Positions 1 through 13,800 are shown, counted from the whole stretch's first letter. The stretch: 63,198 nt of DNA, filler included, from Hausera hauseri (GCA_046269625.1; 12 parts of 12 records of this genome joined end to end with filler, not necessarily neighbours in it), one strand, 5' to 3'. The notes: a model not told the origin generated them from the letters alone. Translations and numbers: made by a program.

Positions 1-639
1 TCGACAGTTCTCATTCCTTATACCTGAATCGGCTTTATGTAGACTGAATCGTGTTTGAAACACATCGCACTAGATAAGTAGCAAGGCAACGACATTTCGG
101 GTTGGATTTGACAGGTGGTGGATATACGGAGTAAAGCAAAATGCGGGGGAGGGACGTATATACAATTTTATTAAGGGGCTATAATCGATTTCGTCTTGTC
201 AGGTGCTTGTTTTTTACGCAACCTCAGCATTTTTATGACAATATTTTGATGACGTAATTAGTTAATTAAACACTTAATTACATTGGATTTGTACGTGCCG
301 TTTTAATGACGTAAGATATGTAGTTAAATATTTGTGTAGTTAGATGGGTGAGATAAGTAGTGACCGTTTGTTTCTTCGGGTGTACGTATCATCATCATAT
401 GCTATGCCGTATAAGGGAGGAGCGTTGTTAGTCCATCATTTATCAGTGACCAAGACATTCCGACACGTATATAAGGGCGAGGTGGGTGTTTTGTAACTAT
501 TCATACGGTGGGTCTCTGATCTTCAGAAGAGGTGGATGCCTCTAGGCTTCTTGGGTGTAGGTATTAATTATCTGTTAGTGACCAAAACATTCCAACACCT
601 CCGTAACTAGGATATATTGTTCCCCATGATAGAGGGATG

Positions 640-1320
640 GTGAATGTCTTGGTGGTTATTCAGGGTCTAGATATAGGGGAAGATAACAGTCATGTAAGCA
701 GAGGTGGATTTCTTATGTATAGGTGCAGCAGGATGTGGTTCAGTCTGGGAGCTATATGTTAGCACTGACGTACGGCAACATTTTTGGGCTAAAGGTCAGG
801 TGCCCATTTGGGATGGGGCGGAAAAGACAATTTCAGATTGAGTTGCCGATTGTCAGGGGATAGGGAACTAGGGGTCTTCTTCTTCCTCTTCAGGTGTAGC
901 TATTAGACACCATTATCATGCGTCTTGGTGGTTGAATATTCAGGTTTAGATACGGAAAGTATTTAGGTGGAAGATAGCAGTCATCATCATTATGTGCACT
1001 GCCTAATAATGTTGGGATGTCATCAGCTGTCGGAGGCGCCGCTTGGGGCTGCTGGTCATGCTCAAGGGTCGTTTGAAGAGTCCAGAGAAGCATCATCGAC
1101 TGTGGCTGAGTGTGGGAGCTGAGCGTTAGCAACCACATGTCGGCAAATGTTTTGGGCTAGCGGTCAGATGTAAATCGGAAATGGGGCAGAAAAAACATAA
1201 CAAGTTCGGGAGGGGCTGCTGATTGTCGGGATATAGGGAGCCATGGCGCCTTCTTCTTCTTCTCTTCTTCTTCTTCTTCTTCTTCTTCGCGTGTAGCTAT
1301 TAACCATCATCTTCATGTAC
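640..1320. repeat. Diverged tandem duplication, ~0.3-0.37 kb unit
   Basis: The block gttagca...tttttgggcta..ggtcag...gattgtc.gg.at.ggg...tcttcttc...gtgtagctatta occurs at ~759-920 and ~1126-1320. The block tggtggtt..ttcagg..tagata occurs at ~650 and ~927. Confidence 0.65.
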
Positions 1321-1470
1321 CATGCCTTGTAGTAGGTGATGGGCGTTGTTTCTCAAGTTAACAATAAGCTAGGTTCGAGGGCGTGTATAGACTGGTGAAG
1401 TATGTTTTCTTACTCTTCTTCGGGTGTAGGCATTAGTGAACATCAGCATGTAACCAGACAACTTTTTCGT

Positions 1471-1657
1471 GTTGGCAACTTTTCATGTCGGCAACTTTTC
1501 ATATCGGCAATTTTTCATGTCCACAATTTTTCATGTTGGCAACTTTTCATGTCGGAAATTTTTCAAGGCAGCAATTTTTCATGTCATTTTTTTCATGTTG
1601 GCAACTTTGCATGTCGGCAAATTTTCATGTATGTGTAGGTGTGTGTGTGTGTGTGTG
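1471..1657. repeat. 16-bp minisatellite (~10 copies of GTYGGCAAYTTTTCAT) followed by a (GT)n microsatellite
   Basis: Tandem units are directly visible and explain the repetitive ORFs at 1402-1770. Confidence 0.9.
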
Positions 1658-1971
1658 TTTGCCTCAGGAATTGTTGAGGTAGTTAGTGAAAATAGACTCA
1701 AAAACACTGCCATTATACTGAGATTGCTCGCCGAAATTAGTCGAACTACTGTTGTATAAATATACTTCACAAAAGACTAGTTTGATTAGATTATTGGCAT
1801 TACATAACAATTCGTAGATGATTGCATAATATGCCGCTTATTTTGGCAGAAACGAAAATCGCCTCATCGGAGGTAGTCAGAGCCGTATCTAAGTGGGAAA
1901 TTGTATATTATTCCCAGCAGCCAGTGTAGTTCCATCAAAGGGATCTGTTAGTATAACGGAAGATTGCATAT

Positions 1972-2829
1972 CAGATGCTCCAGGAGTCAGCAATGAGGTT
2001 CGTTGAAATCTTTGTGTATGTTGAGATATTCGACTGTTGACAGAATCTTATTGTTGAAATAACTGATCGAGATCCTAAAGTGGATCCACGTGTCATACCA
2101 TACCGATTGTTTGTGGAGGCATTCGTACCAGGTATTGATACGAACACCGTATCATCTATATTCGAGGAACATCGAGTTTGTGAGAGTCTGAGTATGATGC
2201 ACAAGGATATTTATCAGGTTGTTACCTTATCATAGACACCACCTTAATTGACATATGTGTAGATTTGTTCTGGTGGAATATACGGTAAGAGCGAGAATTG
2301 ATTTCTATTCACAAATGTGCTCGTCGGATCCAAGGTTGAGGCTCGTTTTCGATTGGACAACCCATTCAAGGTTCCCTGTGAAATCGGACTGAGTTTAAAA
2401 CCCCTTCAAAGTGGCAGAAGTTCAGTCGGAGGTCGTGGGTCGGCATCAAAAAGTGACATATTCGAAGTTGAACCCGTAAAAGCTCAAGTTGAACCGAGAA
2501 GTTTCCTCTACATCACTGTGGTATTCAGTCCAATTTCTATGCAGGTACCCCAATGGAAATCAATGAGAATAATTTATCTCATTTTCATTCAGCAATATTT
2601 ATCTGTACTCGAATGTGTGATCGAAGGACTACCATCGAATAGCCCGTATAAATCTAAGGCATTATCCTTTGAAATTTGCGGCGAAGGATATTTACCAAGA
2701 ATCAGTGTTGTGAAACCAACTCTTCGCAACAAGAAAGGACAATATCTTTGTTTGTTCAAACGATCATTGATTGGTCGTTCACAAAGTCGAGAGATAGAAT
2801 TGTACAATAATGGGGCGTTGCCTTGTAGA
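1972..2829 (+). pseudogene. HYDIN: HYDIN (axonemal central-pair protein) internal fragment, 3 exons, with in-frame stops
   Basis: Spliced translation includes ITDRDP..PYRLFVEAFVPG..IFEEH / FLFTNVLVG..ARFRLDNP..FEVEP..FSPISMQ / LSFEICGEGYLPRISVVKPTLRNKKG..LFKRSLIG..LYNNG. GT-AG introns lie at 2218-2262 (45 nt) and 2545-2592 (48 nt), with a further donor at 2830. TGA stops fall near 2038 and 2299. Confidence 0.8.
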
Positions 2830-3484
2830 GTTAGTGAAATTTTGAATATGTCGTCTAAAATACCAAAAATATCATAATGAAACATGGGGTAATTCCGTGA
2901 AATAAAAATGTTGCCAAATTCATGGCCAACTAGGCAGGGGGTGAGTCAAAATTACGTAATGGAGTTTGTTCTGATAGTAAATGATGATGATTTGACTAAC
3001 AATTTCATTCAACCTTCAGATAATAAATCATTTCAAAACGCCGTCATATATTTATTGATTATAGGTTAAACATAAATCTATCATATTAACTGGTCATAGA
3101 ACACAGTTTATCAATTCCTTATTTGTCAACTGATATCGGATGCATATATACAATTATAAGGACGGCCATCAACGTGTATGTTGAATTGTTTTGTTAATGG
3201 GGATTTTGGTCATAAATTTGACAATCTATACTTTGATCTCACTGCTAATCAGAGTTTTACAAGTTCTTCAAGTACAAAATTTTATGATCATTAATAATAT
3301 GAAAAATATTTTTTTAAACAAAGCTCACATCATGCAATATACGCTTCTTAATGTTACGTCATTTCGTACTTCTTCAATTTTCCCCTTAACATGCAAATTT
3401 TCGTTTATTTTTCCAACTAATATTTTATAAATGGATATTTATTATGTCGACAAAACATCAACAAAACACCTTTAGTCAAATAAG

Positions 3485-3922
3485 TAGGGGAAAAATGGCG
3501 GTTTGGTCCCACCTGGGAGGTGTGCGAATCGATATTGCACATGTGCCAATCGGTAGTGCACACGGAGCACTATCGATCGTTAGAGTGCTAGGCAACGGTG
3601 CTATTGGCACTTGCACTTTTGACAAATCAATCGCTGCACAGTGCACTACTGATCGAATCGATCAGGAAAAGTGCTAATCGATAGTGCACATCAGTGCGCA
3701 TCGATTGGTGCACAGTCCAAGTGTACAGCACATGTGGAAGTGTGCAAAAATCAATAATATCGAATTTCCGATAATCCCAATATTGATGATTAGCACTCGG
3801 CATCGGGTGAAGTCGGTAGCCCGTGTGATGCGCTATGTGAATGTGCAGATGGAATTTAAATCGGTTGATTGGTTTTCGAATAATTTCCAAGTGGGACCAA
3901 ACCGCCACAGGCCTTTCCGCTA
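3485..3922. mobile_element. MITE-like element with terminal inverted repeats; a diverged tandem copy of its interior lies at ~3930-4325
   Basis: TGGCGGTTTGGTCCCACCTGG (3496-3516) matches the reverse complement of 3887-3907 at 20/21 positions. Interior blocks (aagtgctaat.gatag.gcacatc; aatcaataat; gaatgtgcag...gaatttaaat) recur ~430 nt downstream. Confidence 0.7.
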
Positions 3923-4588
3923 TAAATTTTAAATCAATAATATCAATATGGCACATATACTGGCGGGTGCAGTACTTGATGTACTATCGTTCAGTACAAT
4001 ACTCGATATTGGCGTGCTCTTGAATACGGTTGCCAGGGCACTTTTTCACTTTGCACATTTTTGTAGTTGTGCAGCGTAGGAGTGATGAAATTGATCGGGG
4101 TCAAGTGCTAATGGATAGAGCACATCGAGGTGCACCTTGATATGTGGTGTGCAGTGCAAAAGCATGTGTGCAAGTGTGAAAAAAAAATCAATAATAACAA
4201 ATTTCCAATATTTCCAATATGGATGATTAGGACATGTGACCGAGTGCATTCGTAATGGAAACTTGGTGAGGTATATGAATGTGCAGTTAGAATTTAAATT
4301 TATCGATTAGTTATCGATTAATATCTATACCAAAGTGCAAAATTGGGCGATTTAGCATATGCTTTTTACGCTCTAAGGAAGCAAAATTCGACATAAACTT
4401 GAGCGGGGACAGATATGAAATTGACTATGGCGAACTCGAATCTCGAGTCGAAAAGTCGAAATTCGAAGATTTTGTGGCTCGAATATCGAATATCGAACTA
4501 TTCGAAAAATCTCACAGGGGAATCGATTCCTCGTTTTCGAAACCCCTATGTACATAAAAATTATTCCATGAAAATGTACTATATAGGC

Positions 4589-4828
4589 ACAAAATCAAAA
4601 TTTTTAATTAAGCAAAATGTACATTTGAAGCCCAGTGAAGCGGAAACCGATAAATCTAATAGCGGGTCTGGATAGAAAGTCATGTATGCCGAATCGGAAT
4701 ATGGCATCAGATATTCAAAATCGAGCTTACAAGTCGAATACTTAGCTATTCGAACTCTAAAACTCGATAGAGCATGCATTATTCGAAGAATCTAATGACG
4801 GCATTCGATTTTCCATTGTTGAAAACCT
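4589..4828. repeat. Dispersed repeat shared with 28577-28817
   Basis: Clear collinear similarity, e.g. aagcccagtgaagcggaaa and caagtcgaatacttagctattcgaactc in both places. Confidence 0.9.
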
Positions 4829-5018
4829 ATACAATAATTAAGATTAATGCGGTGCAGTGCATTACAGTGTATAAAAACAAGGTTTTTCCAATATGCTAAA
4901 AGTACTTGTTAAATGCTAAGTAATTCTTATATTGATTAAGCAATTGAGGTGATTTTGAAGGTGAAGAACACTGAAATCAATAAATCTTTAAGCCCACATG
5001 GATAGGAAAGCATATGTG

Positions 5019-5118
5019 NNNNNNNNNNNNNNNNNNNNNNNNNNNNNNNNNNNNNNNNNNNNTTAATTAATTAANNNNNNNNNNNNNNNNNNNNNNNNNN
5101 NNNNNNNNNNNNNNNNNN
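5019..5118. other. Artificial contig linker (44 N + TTAATTAATTAA + 44 N), first of 11 identical linkers
   Basis: The same 100-nt spacer with stops in all six frames also occurs at 9333, 16165, 21398, 28477, 33021, 37106, 43847, 48302, 54937 and 59021. ORFs ending in 'XXX...LIN' are linker artefacts. Confidence 0.99.
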
Positions 5119-5141
5119 GCCCCTCTGACCCTGAGCTGCAG

Positions 5142-5874
<733 letters not shown>

Positions 5875-5957
5875 GTGCAAACAAACTAGTGTCTGAATGC
5901 CTTTTGGTAGCAGTCGATCGTCGCTGAAACTAGTGTTCACAACAGTAGGATAGTTAT

Positions 5958-6148
5958 CGTACATGTACGATATTTTACCGACCTGTTCGATAAAAGATAG
6001 AGACCCTATTATGTACGATAATTTCCGGAAATCGTACGATAATTTCTTACTTAAGTCTCCGGGAAAAGTGTACGATAATTTTTCCCCAAATACGATAATT
6101 TTCGTCTTCAAATACGATAATTTCGTGTCCGAGGGTTGGCAACGCTGG
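5958..6148. repeat. Cluster of TACGATAAT motifs ending in a TIR-like GAGGGTTGGCAACGCTG; probable DNA-transposon end
   Basis: About 6 copies of TACGATA(A/T)T. The reverse complement CAGCGTTGCCAAC resembles termini of non-autonomous DNA transposons. Confidence 0.45.
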
Positions 6149-7520
6149 CGACAGGCCTTGTAACACCCTCTACACGGTAAAAAAAAAACGGGAAAATAAC
6201 AGCACAAAATGCTGTAATAATATGATTTCAGACATTGAACTAGCGATTACAGTATATTTTGCTGTATATTTTTGAGAAAGACGCACAGCGCCATCTGTAT
6301 CAGAAAAATTACAGCTTGCGGAACAATCTGCTGTAATTTGCTAAAAGAATCTTTATTACGTGGCAACGACGGCGACATCGTTACAGAATCGGGAACATTC
6401 TTCGGGAACTTCTCCTACGTGAGGTAAGGATAATTATTTTTGTTTTTCTCCATTGTAGTTTGTAAATTTAGTTTTATAAGTTATTTATATTCACATATAA
6501 AGCTTAACATTTCTTTTACAAGAAATTAAAAGTAAAAGATTTTCACCGAAAATTAATGTAAATGACTTGGCTGTTGCATTAAGCATTCAGAAAGTAAATA
6601 ACAGAAATCTTATTTCATTAGTGGATTTGCTGTTATTTAGAATCAAAAGTACTAGAAGTTGTTTTGTTTCGAGCATTATCGGGCAAGGTTGGCGATTTTT
6701 TTTTTTTTGACAAGCAGCGTTTTGGAAAGAAAAAGGGTGTAATCCCGAAATGTAAATAGTCGCCATACAATGTGTTTATATCCCCATTAATATGTTTTGC
6801 AATTTTCAACGAAATTTAAAAATTTTTACAAGATAAAAATACTTAAAAAAAGTATGGGTGATCCGTAGAATCTACCCCTTATTCGCCAACGCGCCAAATA
6901 TGACTAACTTTGTTGTCAATTTTTTAAATTTATTTTCATAGTTTTTTTTTCCGTATTTTACATTTCTCTAGTTCAGAATTCCGCGTAACTGAACGAGATC
7001 ACTTGTGTGTTTCTTTAATAAGCTTAAATTGAAAATTTTTATCTAGCGTAGCGAGTTGGCGATTTTTGAAAAGTGCGCCAAGCGCCAAAAAAGTATTCTT
7101 ATGAGATGTGTTAGGATCAAGTTTTTATGAGTTGTAAATATGGAAATAGGAAGAAATATAATCCCTCTTATAACTTGTAAAAAACTGCCCGTAATATAAC
7201 TTGTAAAAAAAATTGGAACAGATGCATCGTACACTCCCCCCAGTTTTTTGGCAGTTTTTTTGGCGACAACTGATAGTCTCCAAGCTGTCGCGAGTGTACA
7301 TAAGACGTATGTAGCACACGCTATGGCCGCCATTTTTTTACGAAACTCGAAAAATCCCCACATAGCATAGTTAACAAAAAGTGAAAAACAGAAATGGCAC
7401 TTTTCAATATAAAATAAAAAACTTTTAGCATGAAACATATAGCAAACATAAAACATTTCAGGGTTAAAAAAAAGGAAATATGAAATAAATTTCAGATAAT
7501 GACAGTTCTGCTCCGTATCT

Positions 7521-7712
7521 ACCGCTGGTCTTACGTTACCTAAAAAAACTTCAGTGTATCCACGCGACTCAAGGTACACCATCGGTGGATCATATGCACC
7601 GCTGGTCTTACGTTACCTAAAAAAACTTCAGTGTATCCACGCGACTCAAGGTACACCATCAGTAGATCATATGCACCGCTGGTCTTACGTTACCTAAAAA
7701 AACTTTAGTGTA
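7521..7712. repeat. 77-bp tandem repeat, ~2.5 copies
   Basis: accgctggtcttacgttacctaaaaaaac starts at 7521, 7598 and 7675. Confidence 0.95.
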
Positions 7713-8059
7713 TTAATCCAACTCGAGCTACGCCGTGAATATGCTGACTGTAGCATAAGTATTTGACATGTACCGCTGGTTTTAAAACCAAAATGGGCGT
7801 ATTATTCGAAAATTTCATCCTGAAATTCTCTAAAAAAAATCCCCTAAAACTTACTGACAACAGTAAACACTGAAGACAATTTCAAATCGCAAAAATTAAA
7901 ACGAAAAGTAAAAAAATCAATACAAAAAAACCTTACCTTGGAAGAAATCGACTTACTATCCCCGAAGCGTCCGCCAAAGTGAAATCAAACCTAAACTAAA
8001 AATTCCACTTAACGAAACTGAAACATGACGTCAAATCGAAACTCAGCACATAGCAAAAA

Positions 8060-8217
8060 TCAAAATATCCCTAATATCAAAATCTAAATATCCCTTACAC
8101 ACAAAGCAAAACATGAAAATATCCCTAATATCCAAATCTAAATATCCCAGTATAATATCCTTAATATCGGTAACAACAAACTCAAAATATCCCTAATATC
8201 AAAGCTAAATATCCCTA
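8060..8217. repeat. Degenerate tandem AAATATCCCT(AATATC) repeat
   Basis: About 7 copies of aaatatccc are visible. Confidence 0.7.
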
Positions 8218-9567
8218 CAGTAACCCACAATTACGTAAAGTCACTTCGCCGTGTAATGCTCGACAATGCCGCCATATAAATACGTTTATCTTTCACTTGG
8301 CGAAAAAAAAAACTCGTAATAACAGGGGGAGTGTACAGTGCATCTGTACCAAAAAATTTTGTATTTAAAAATGTTTTAATTTTTTTTTTTTTTGTAATTT
8401 GCAGTAATTTTTGCATTGTTTTGGTTGCTATCTTGATTGAGTGTGAGATTTTGCATTTTTCTGTGATAAATATGTGTATTTTACGTGTTAGGTTTAACAT
8501 TCTTTATATACCTAAACCTTTCCTTATGTGATACATATGTTCCCATAAATTGAATGTGTATATAAAGAATTGCTGAAGAATTTTACAAAATTCTCAGAAT
8601 TTACTTGAATTATGGTGTTTTTGTAACGTATACTTTAAGTTGGTCGCATGAAAGTGAATAAACTTGCATAAAAAAAATTATTAAAATTATTATTTAATCC
8701 AGGCGCGCCAGGATTTTTTTCGGGGTGGGCGGAGGCGGGTATTTGCCACCCGGTTGCAAACTTTTATCACTCCTAAACACTGGCGAAAATAAGGTCCGTG
8801 TCCCTCCACAACTTCTTTTCGAGATAACTTTTTTAATATTCCATCACATGGGCTTTTGAGGCTTTTGAATTTCCTTTTTTCCCTTCCCAAGAGTTTTCTG
8901 CCTTCTTTTTCTTTTGACTACCAGGCGGGGGGGGTAATATTTCCCACAAGACTTTTGAACACTTTCCAAGGCTTTTAACTTGCACATCCTCCTCCAGGAG
9001 ACTTTTAGCTATATTTTTCAATCGACAACGGGGGTGGTAACACTTTCTCAGGAGACTTTTGATTTTTTCTCTTTTCCTTCAGACTTTTGACCCTCAAATT
9101 TTCACTATTTCTTCTCCTTCAAGGGGCTTTTAACAAAGTTTCCCGAGACTTTTGACTTTTTAAACCCTTTACCTCCTGCCACCCCTTCCACCCCCGAGTT
9201 CACATGGCTTTCGGGGAGGGCTGAGAACTTCAAAAGTGTCTGTGTATACATACTTTCCTATCATACAACGAGCAAACTTTCCAAATTTATTCATTTCGGG
9301 GGGGGGGGGGGGTAGGCCCCCAACCACCCCCCNNNNNNNNNNNNNNNNNNNNNNNNNNNNNNNNNNNNNNNNNNNNTTAATTAATTAANNNNNNNNNNNN
9401 NNNNNNNNNNNNNNNNNNNNNNNNNNNNNNNNCCACAAATCTGGAGTTCCAAAGCCACTCAATCGATAGTTATTAAAAATAACAATAAGATTACTGCAAC
9501 AAAAACAGATGTTTCAGTTGTTCGGAGTAAATCAGCAATCAGTGATGATAAATCTGACGAACAAAAC

Positions 9568-10050
9568 ATAGTTATTCACGTCTGTGATGAACCGAAAAAA
9601 TTGTAGAAAGATTTCGTTTGTACAAAGAAACTCATTGTGAAAGAAATACGTTGCTTCGCTGAGTATTTGTCAGCGGAAAATGAGTTATATGCAGATGTTG
9701 ACATCAGTCCATTGTGATATCAATATATTTGACTGGCTCATGACGTATGTTAAAAGAGAACAGTTGTCAAAATGCGACAAACTATCAGTTTCATCATTAA
9801 AGCCAAATAATGTTGTTTCGATATTAATATCTTCCGACTTTTTGAAAATGGACACTTTAGTTGATGATTGCATCGAATATATTCATTCGAATATAAATGA
9901 TCTGCTATCGACATCGTGCGACATAAATTGTGTAAATTCTTCGCTTATCGAAAAGAATGCAGAACGATTCACTGATTTAGAAATAAATGCCATTGTCTAG
10001 AAAAAAAATTAAAATAAGAAGTAAATTATTTTGAATCAAAATGGAGCAGC
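9568..10050 (+). pseudogene. SANBR: SANBR/KIAA1841-like BTB-domain (DUF3342) fragment, intronless, with stops and a frameshift
   Basis: IVIHVCDEPKKL*KDFVC..L.VKE...FAEYL / ISVHCDINIFDWLMTYVK / LKPNNVVSILISSDFLKMDTLVDDCIEYIH are hallmark motifs of this family. Confidence 0.85.
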
Positions 10051-10369
10051 TAAAGCCTGATGACAATATTCCTGGTGATTTGTACGTTATTACTGAATAT
10101 CCCCAAGAAGATGGACACTTTATTAAACTTACTGATTGTGGTGCCCACAGCGGCCGGCGCCCTCTGGCCCATTTGGTTGGACACGGCCGGGCGTCCGTTG
10201 TCGCCGCGTCGGGCCCATAAGCGGGTCCCGATCTTCCGCCTCGAAAACTTCTCCATCCAAAAGTTTTATCAGAAAAGCGAACTTTTCCAGAAGACGATAA
10301 AGAACACGTTCTCCAAATACGATCTAATAATAATTCCGTTAAAAAGCCCAGACTGACTTTAGTAAAAAA

Positions 10370-10830
10370 AACAAACATCACAAAGTTCCATGACATCTTT
10401 CTACAAATTTGAAGAAAAACGCAGAAAAGTTATAAAACCAATCATGTAAATATGAGAATAACGCAGCAATTCCAGTTATAACGAGTTGTTCCGCATTTTA
10501 AACAGCAATCCGACAACAAGTGGTATAACGGCCATTAACGACACAACTGATGTTAGATAGTAATAAACATTAATCAATTTATGTTCCAAATAAAATTCCT
10601 CCAAAACAAAAAATCCACAGAGGTATCATCACTAAACCCAACAGTAAATTTGAAAACGTAACTGCAGCACCAATATGGCAATGTCTCTTCATCCGTACAC
10701 TGTACAAGTTACTCACATCGCCACCCGGACAACAACCAATCACAATAAGTGAAAAACAAAACTCCTTGTCCAACGATGATAACAGAGTCAGACCCGTAGG
10801 GAGGAATGGCATAATGAAGTACACTTTCAA
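10370..10830 (-). pseudogene. SLC10 / sodium-bile acid symporter family fragment
   Basis: FIMPFL...LIVIGCCPGGDVSNLYS......AAVTFSNLLLGLVMIPLWIF, then in a shifted frame SVVSLMAVIPLVVGLLFK. GCCPGG..SN is the SBF-family signature. Confidence 0.7.
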
Positions 10831-13800
10831 TGGAGTTAAATAATAAGCTGAACTGTAATCAGTCCATGAGCATGTAGATAATTGAGTATACAAGACAATA
10901 ATAAAGTGGGCAGATGTAAATTTAAATTGATTACTATTGATAATGACCTTTGACTTCATACTTCATTAACATTTTGAATTTTATACGTTTCATTTCATTA
11001 CAAATGTTGTATGATATTTTAATAACACTTGGTCAATTATATTTGGATACATACATGGAATCACATGCCATCATACAAATCAGAACAATATCCTGAAAAA
11101 CATTGACACCTTTTATTCGACTACAAATAGCATCGGATTCAGATCTTCGAGATTCGTTTTTAATTGCTGAAAAGCTTATTAAAGCTATTATAAAAATTTT
11201 GCCGTCTACAACGTTTCAAGAAAAAACCGAATTGACTACAATGTGGAAAAAAATTATTTGCTAAGCTCTGATAATTCAAATGCCAATGATTGATCACATT
11301 CAATTGGTTTTCACTCATTTTATTTCAGATATCGATAATCTTTTTAAGTGTGTGAAACAAAATGCTGTGTTCTGAGTACAAGAAAACAAACTTGACTGTT
11401 TTACACTTTAGATGACTAATATGAAACATGTAAATAAAAAAATTGAAAAAATCAGTTTCGGTTTCAAAAAAAGCCAATCCGACATTTTACAGATCACAAT
11501 CTTGCGAATATCTCGATCACAACCCTATTGATATTTCATCCAGGTCAGAGTTAGTGCAACTTACAGAATTTCTCGACGTTGAAATCTCGCGTGCAATTCA
11601 AATTTATTCTCCGAGGCATTATTAGCATTTTGCAGTCAGGTCTGTTGTTTGTTTATTAAAACGTTCAGTTCTCATTTACATTTTGTAAGATACTCTATTG
11701 AGTCATTTTTGAAGCATTTGATCGTTAATTCCACGTGAGCATTGTGAAGTGAAATATTTTCTTTAATTCTCAGTCGCTTTGTTTTTCTGGTGTTTGAGGA
11801 GTTTTGATGCAAAACAAGAATTTTCATCATTTGTATAGATTTTTGCTGCCAGAACTTTGATTCAAACTAATCCATTATAGAAATTTCGGGAACAGTTGCT
11901 AAATTTGCTCATACAGAACGATCAGTTTACCCTCATCAACATATCAGCTACATATTCTGGTATTTAACAACTTTTTCTGTTCGGCATACATACATTACGA
12001 ATATTACAGCACAGTGACTTTTGTACATCTCATTTGATTGATGTGATTATCCATTTCGTTTTTCTTGTAACATTTTGAAGCGTCTACGTGAATTGCGTTA
12101 ATTCTGAATTAATTCAGTTTCCTGTATCATTCTGAATTGGTAAAATTTTTTTTGAATTCGAATTTTTGTTTACCATATTGACTATTTAATCTTCAATTTT
12201 CGTTCACATAGTTTAGCTAAAGCTTTTGGGCGGTTTTCAAATAATGAAACGAAAGACAAAATCCAAAGAATCAATGTCTGAATATGGGATTTCAGAGTGC
12301 CCAGTCCGTATTGAAGGAATTGTTAAAGATTTTATTCCAACTCATGATAAATATTACTGGGACACGATTTCTAGTCTTGTTTTGTCGCGTTTCGAAATGT
12401 TTTTTGATTCCTTGCATGTTCAGAAACTTGAAAGATTTATTGCAAAGCTAGTGGATAATTTTGGGCTGACATGCCAGGGACTGATCTCACTCATTAAGAA
12501 AGAATTGGTTCCTGAACGAGCTAGGCCTTTGCGACGAGAAATTGATTTATATCTACTAAACGATTGCAGTGAAAAACCTGCTTATTGAGTATTTTCTTAC
12601 AATTGGAAATCATGGTAGCAGTGAGTTTACCATATTTAATAACGAAACATTGACAAAACCCAATATTGCACCTGCTCTTATCACAAATTTACCAATGACG
12701 TTTCATATTAATTCTTCCGATCTCACCAACGCATTTAAGATGATTTTTATCGAATGTATAGAAAATTGTGATTCAGCCATTTTGAAAAATGAGCAGGATA
12801 TACTTGAATACGTTATGGACTCAATATGAGCTAAGATCAGTATTCTGCCTATTCGTGTTCATGAGGAAAATGCTGCTACCGGAAAGCCAAAAGTAACTTG
12901 GGCACGCTGCGGACCCAGTACGCTTTATTCAACAGGGCGACACTGAGACATTTAACAATAATTAATAGGTGGTATATTACTATTACTGGGTGTTAATTCA
13001 ATTTGATAATTAGTTGTTATAACATTAATGAGTATTACCTTTATGGGCATGTCCGAATGATACGAATTTTCCTGACACTATTTATCGAATTCGGATTTAA
13101 CGTCGCACTGTTGATAATTACGTACTTGATCCGCGACGTGACCAGGTGCACGCATTGTTACTTTTGGCATTCTGGTAACGTTATTCGCCTCATAATCACG
13201 AATGAGCTGAATATTGATATTGGCCAATGTATTATCAATGGCATAATCAAGTATATCCTGCTTGTTTTCCAAAATCGTTGAATCGCTATTTTTTATCAAT
13301 TAAATAAGTCTTCTCAAACGTGTTTAGGAAATTCATGATATTTGAGGCCAACGTATTAAATAGATAATTCAATATGAATACATCAGAAACTAGGTCATTA
13401 TACCATCCAAAAAGAAATGCCATTGATATAAATCCATAAGATGATAGTAAAATATCATAACATTGCATCAGTTGACGAAATATAATTTTTTGTTGTTAAT
13501 AGTGTAATTTCTCTATGTAATAAAGATCCCTGAGAATTAACTGGCGTAGTAAAAATAGAGTAGAGTACTTGGACTCAAATATTCCTCATAAATATATTTT
13601 GAACTAAGAAATTCGTCAATATGGGGGAAAGATTTAAGTTAGACATAAAATGTGCTTTATTAAAACAATCAACGATTTTTCTCAAACGCATAAAACACGT
13701 CACAACAAAGGATAAAAAAGGGGCCAGGAAATCCGGCAACATTTCAGCATGTCAAAATACAAATATACCACACGTGCTAAATATTGTGCAGAACATTAAA

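Noticed and set aside
1402-1770. Repetitive ORFs (FHVGNFSCRQ...) as a repeat protein or CRISPR array
   Set aside because: They are translations of a 16-bp minisatellite with no unique spacers.
5063-5074. Recurring TTAATTAATTAA as a biological motif or CRISPR-like repeat
   Set aside because: It is always centred in exactly 44+44 N, so it is an artificial six-frame-stop linker. Adjacency across linkers carries no biological meaning.
7521-7712. 77-bp repeats as a CRISPR array or tRNA cluster
   Set aside because: The intervening sequence is duplicated as well (a simple tandem repeat), there are no cas genes, and no cloverleaf or T-loop motifs were seen.
7212-8352. ~28-bp inverted match (7213-7240 vs 8324-8351) as the TIRs of one element
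   Set aside because: Similarity is short, and I could not identify termini or a target-site duplication.
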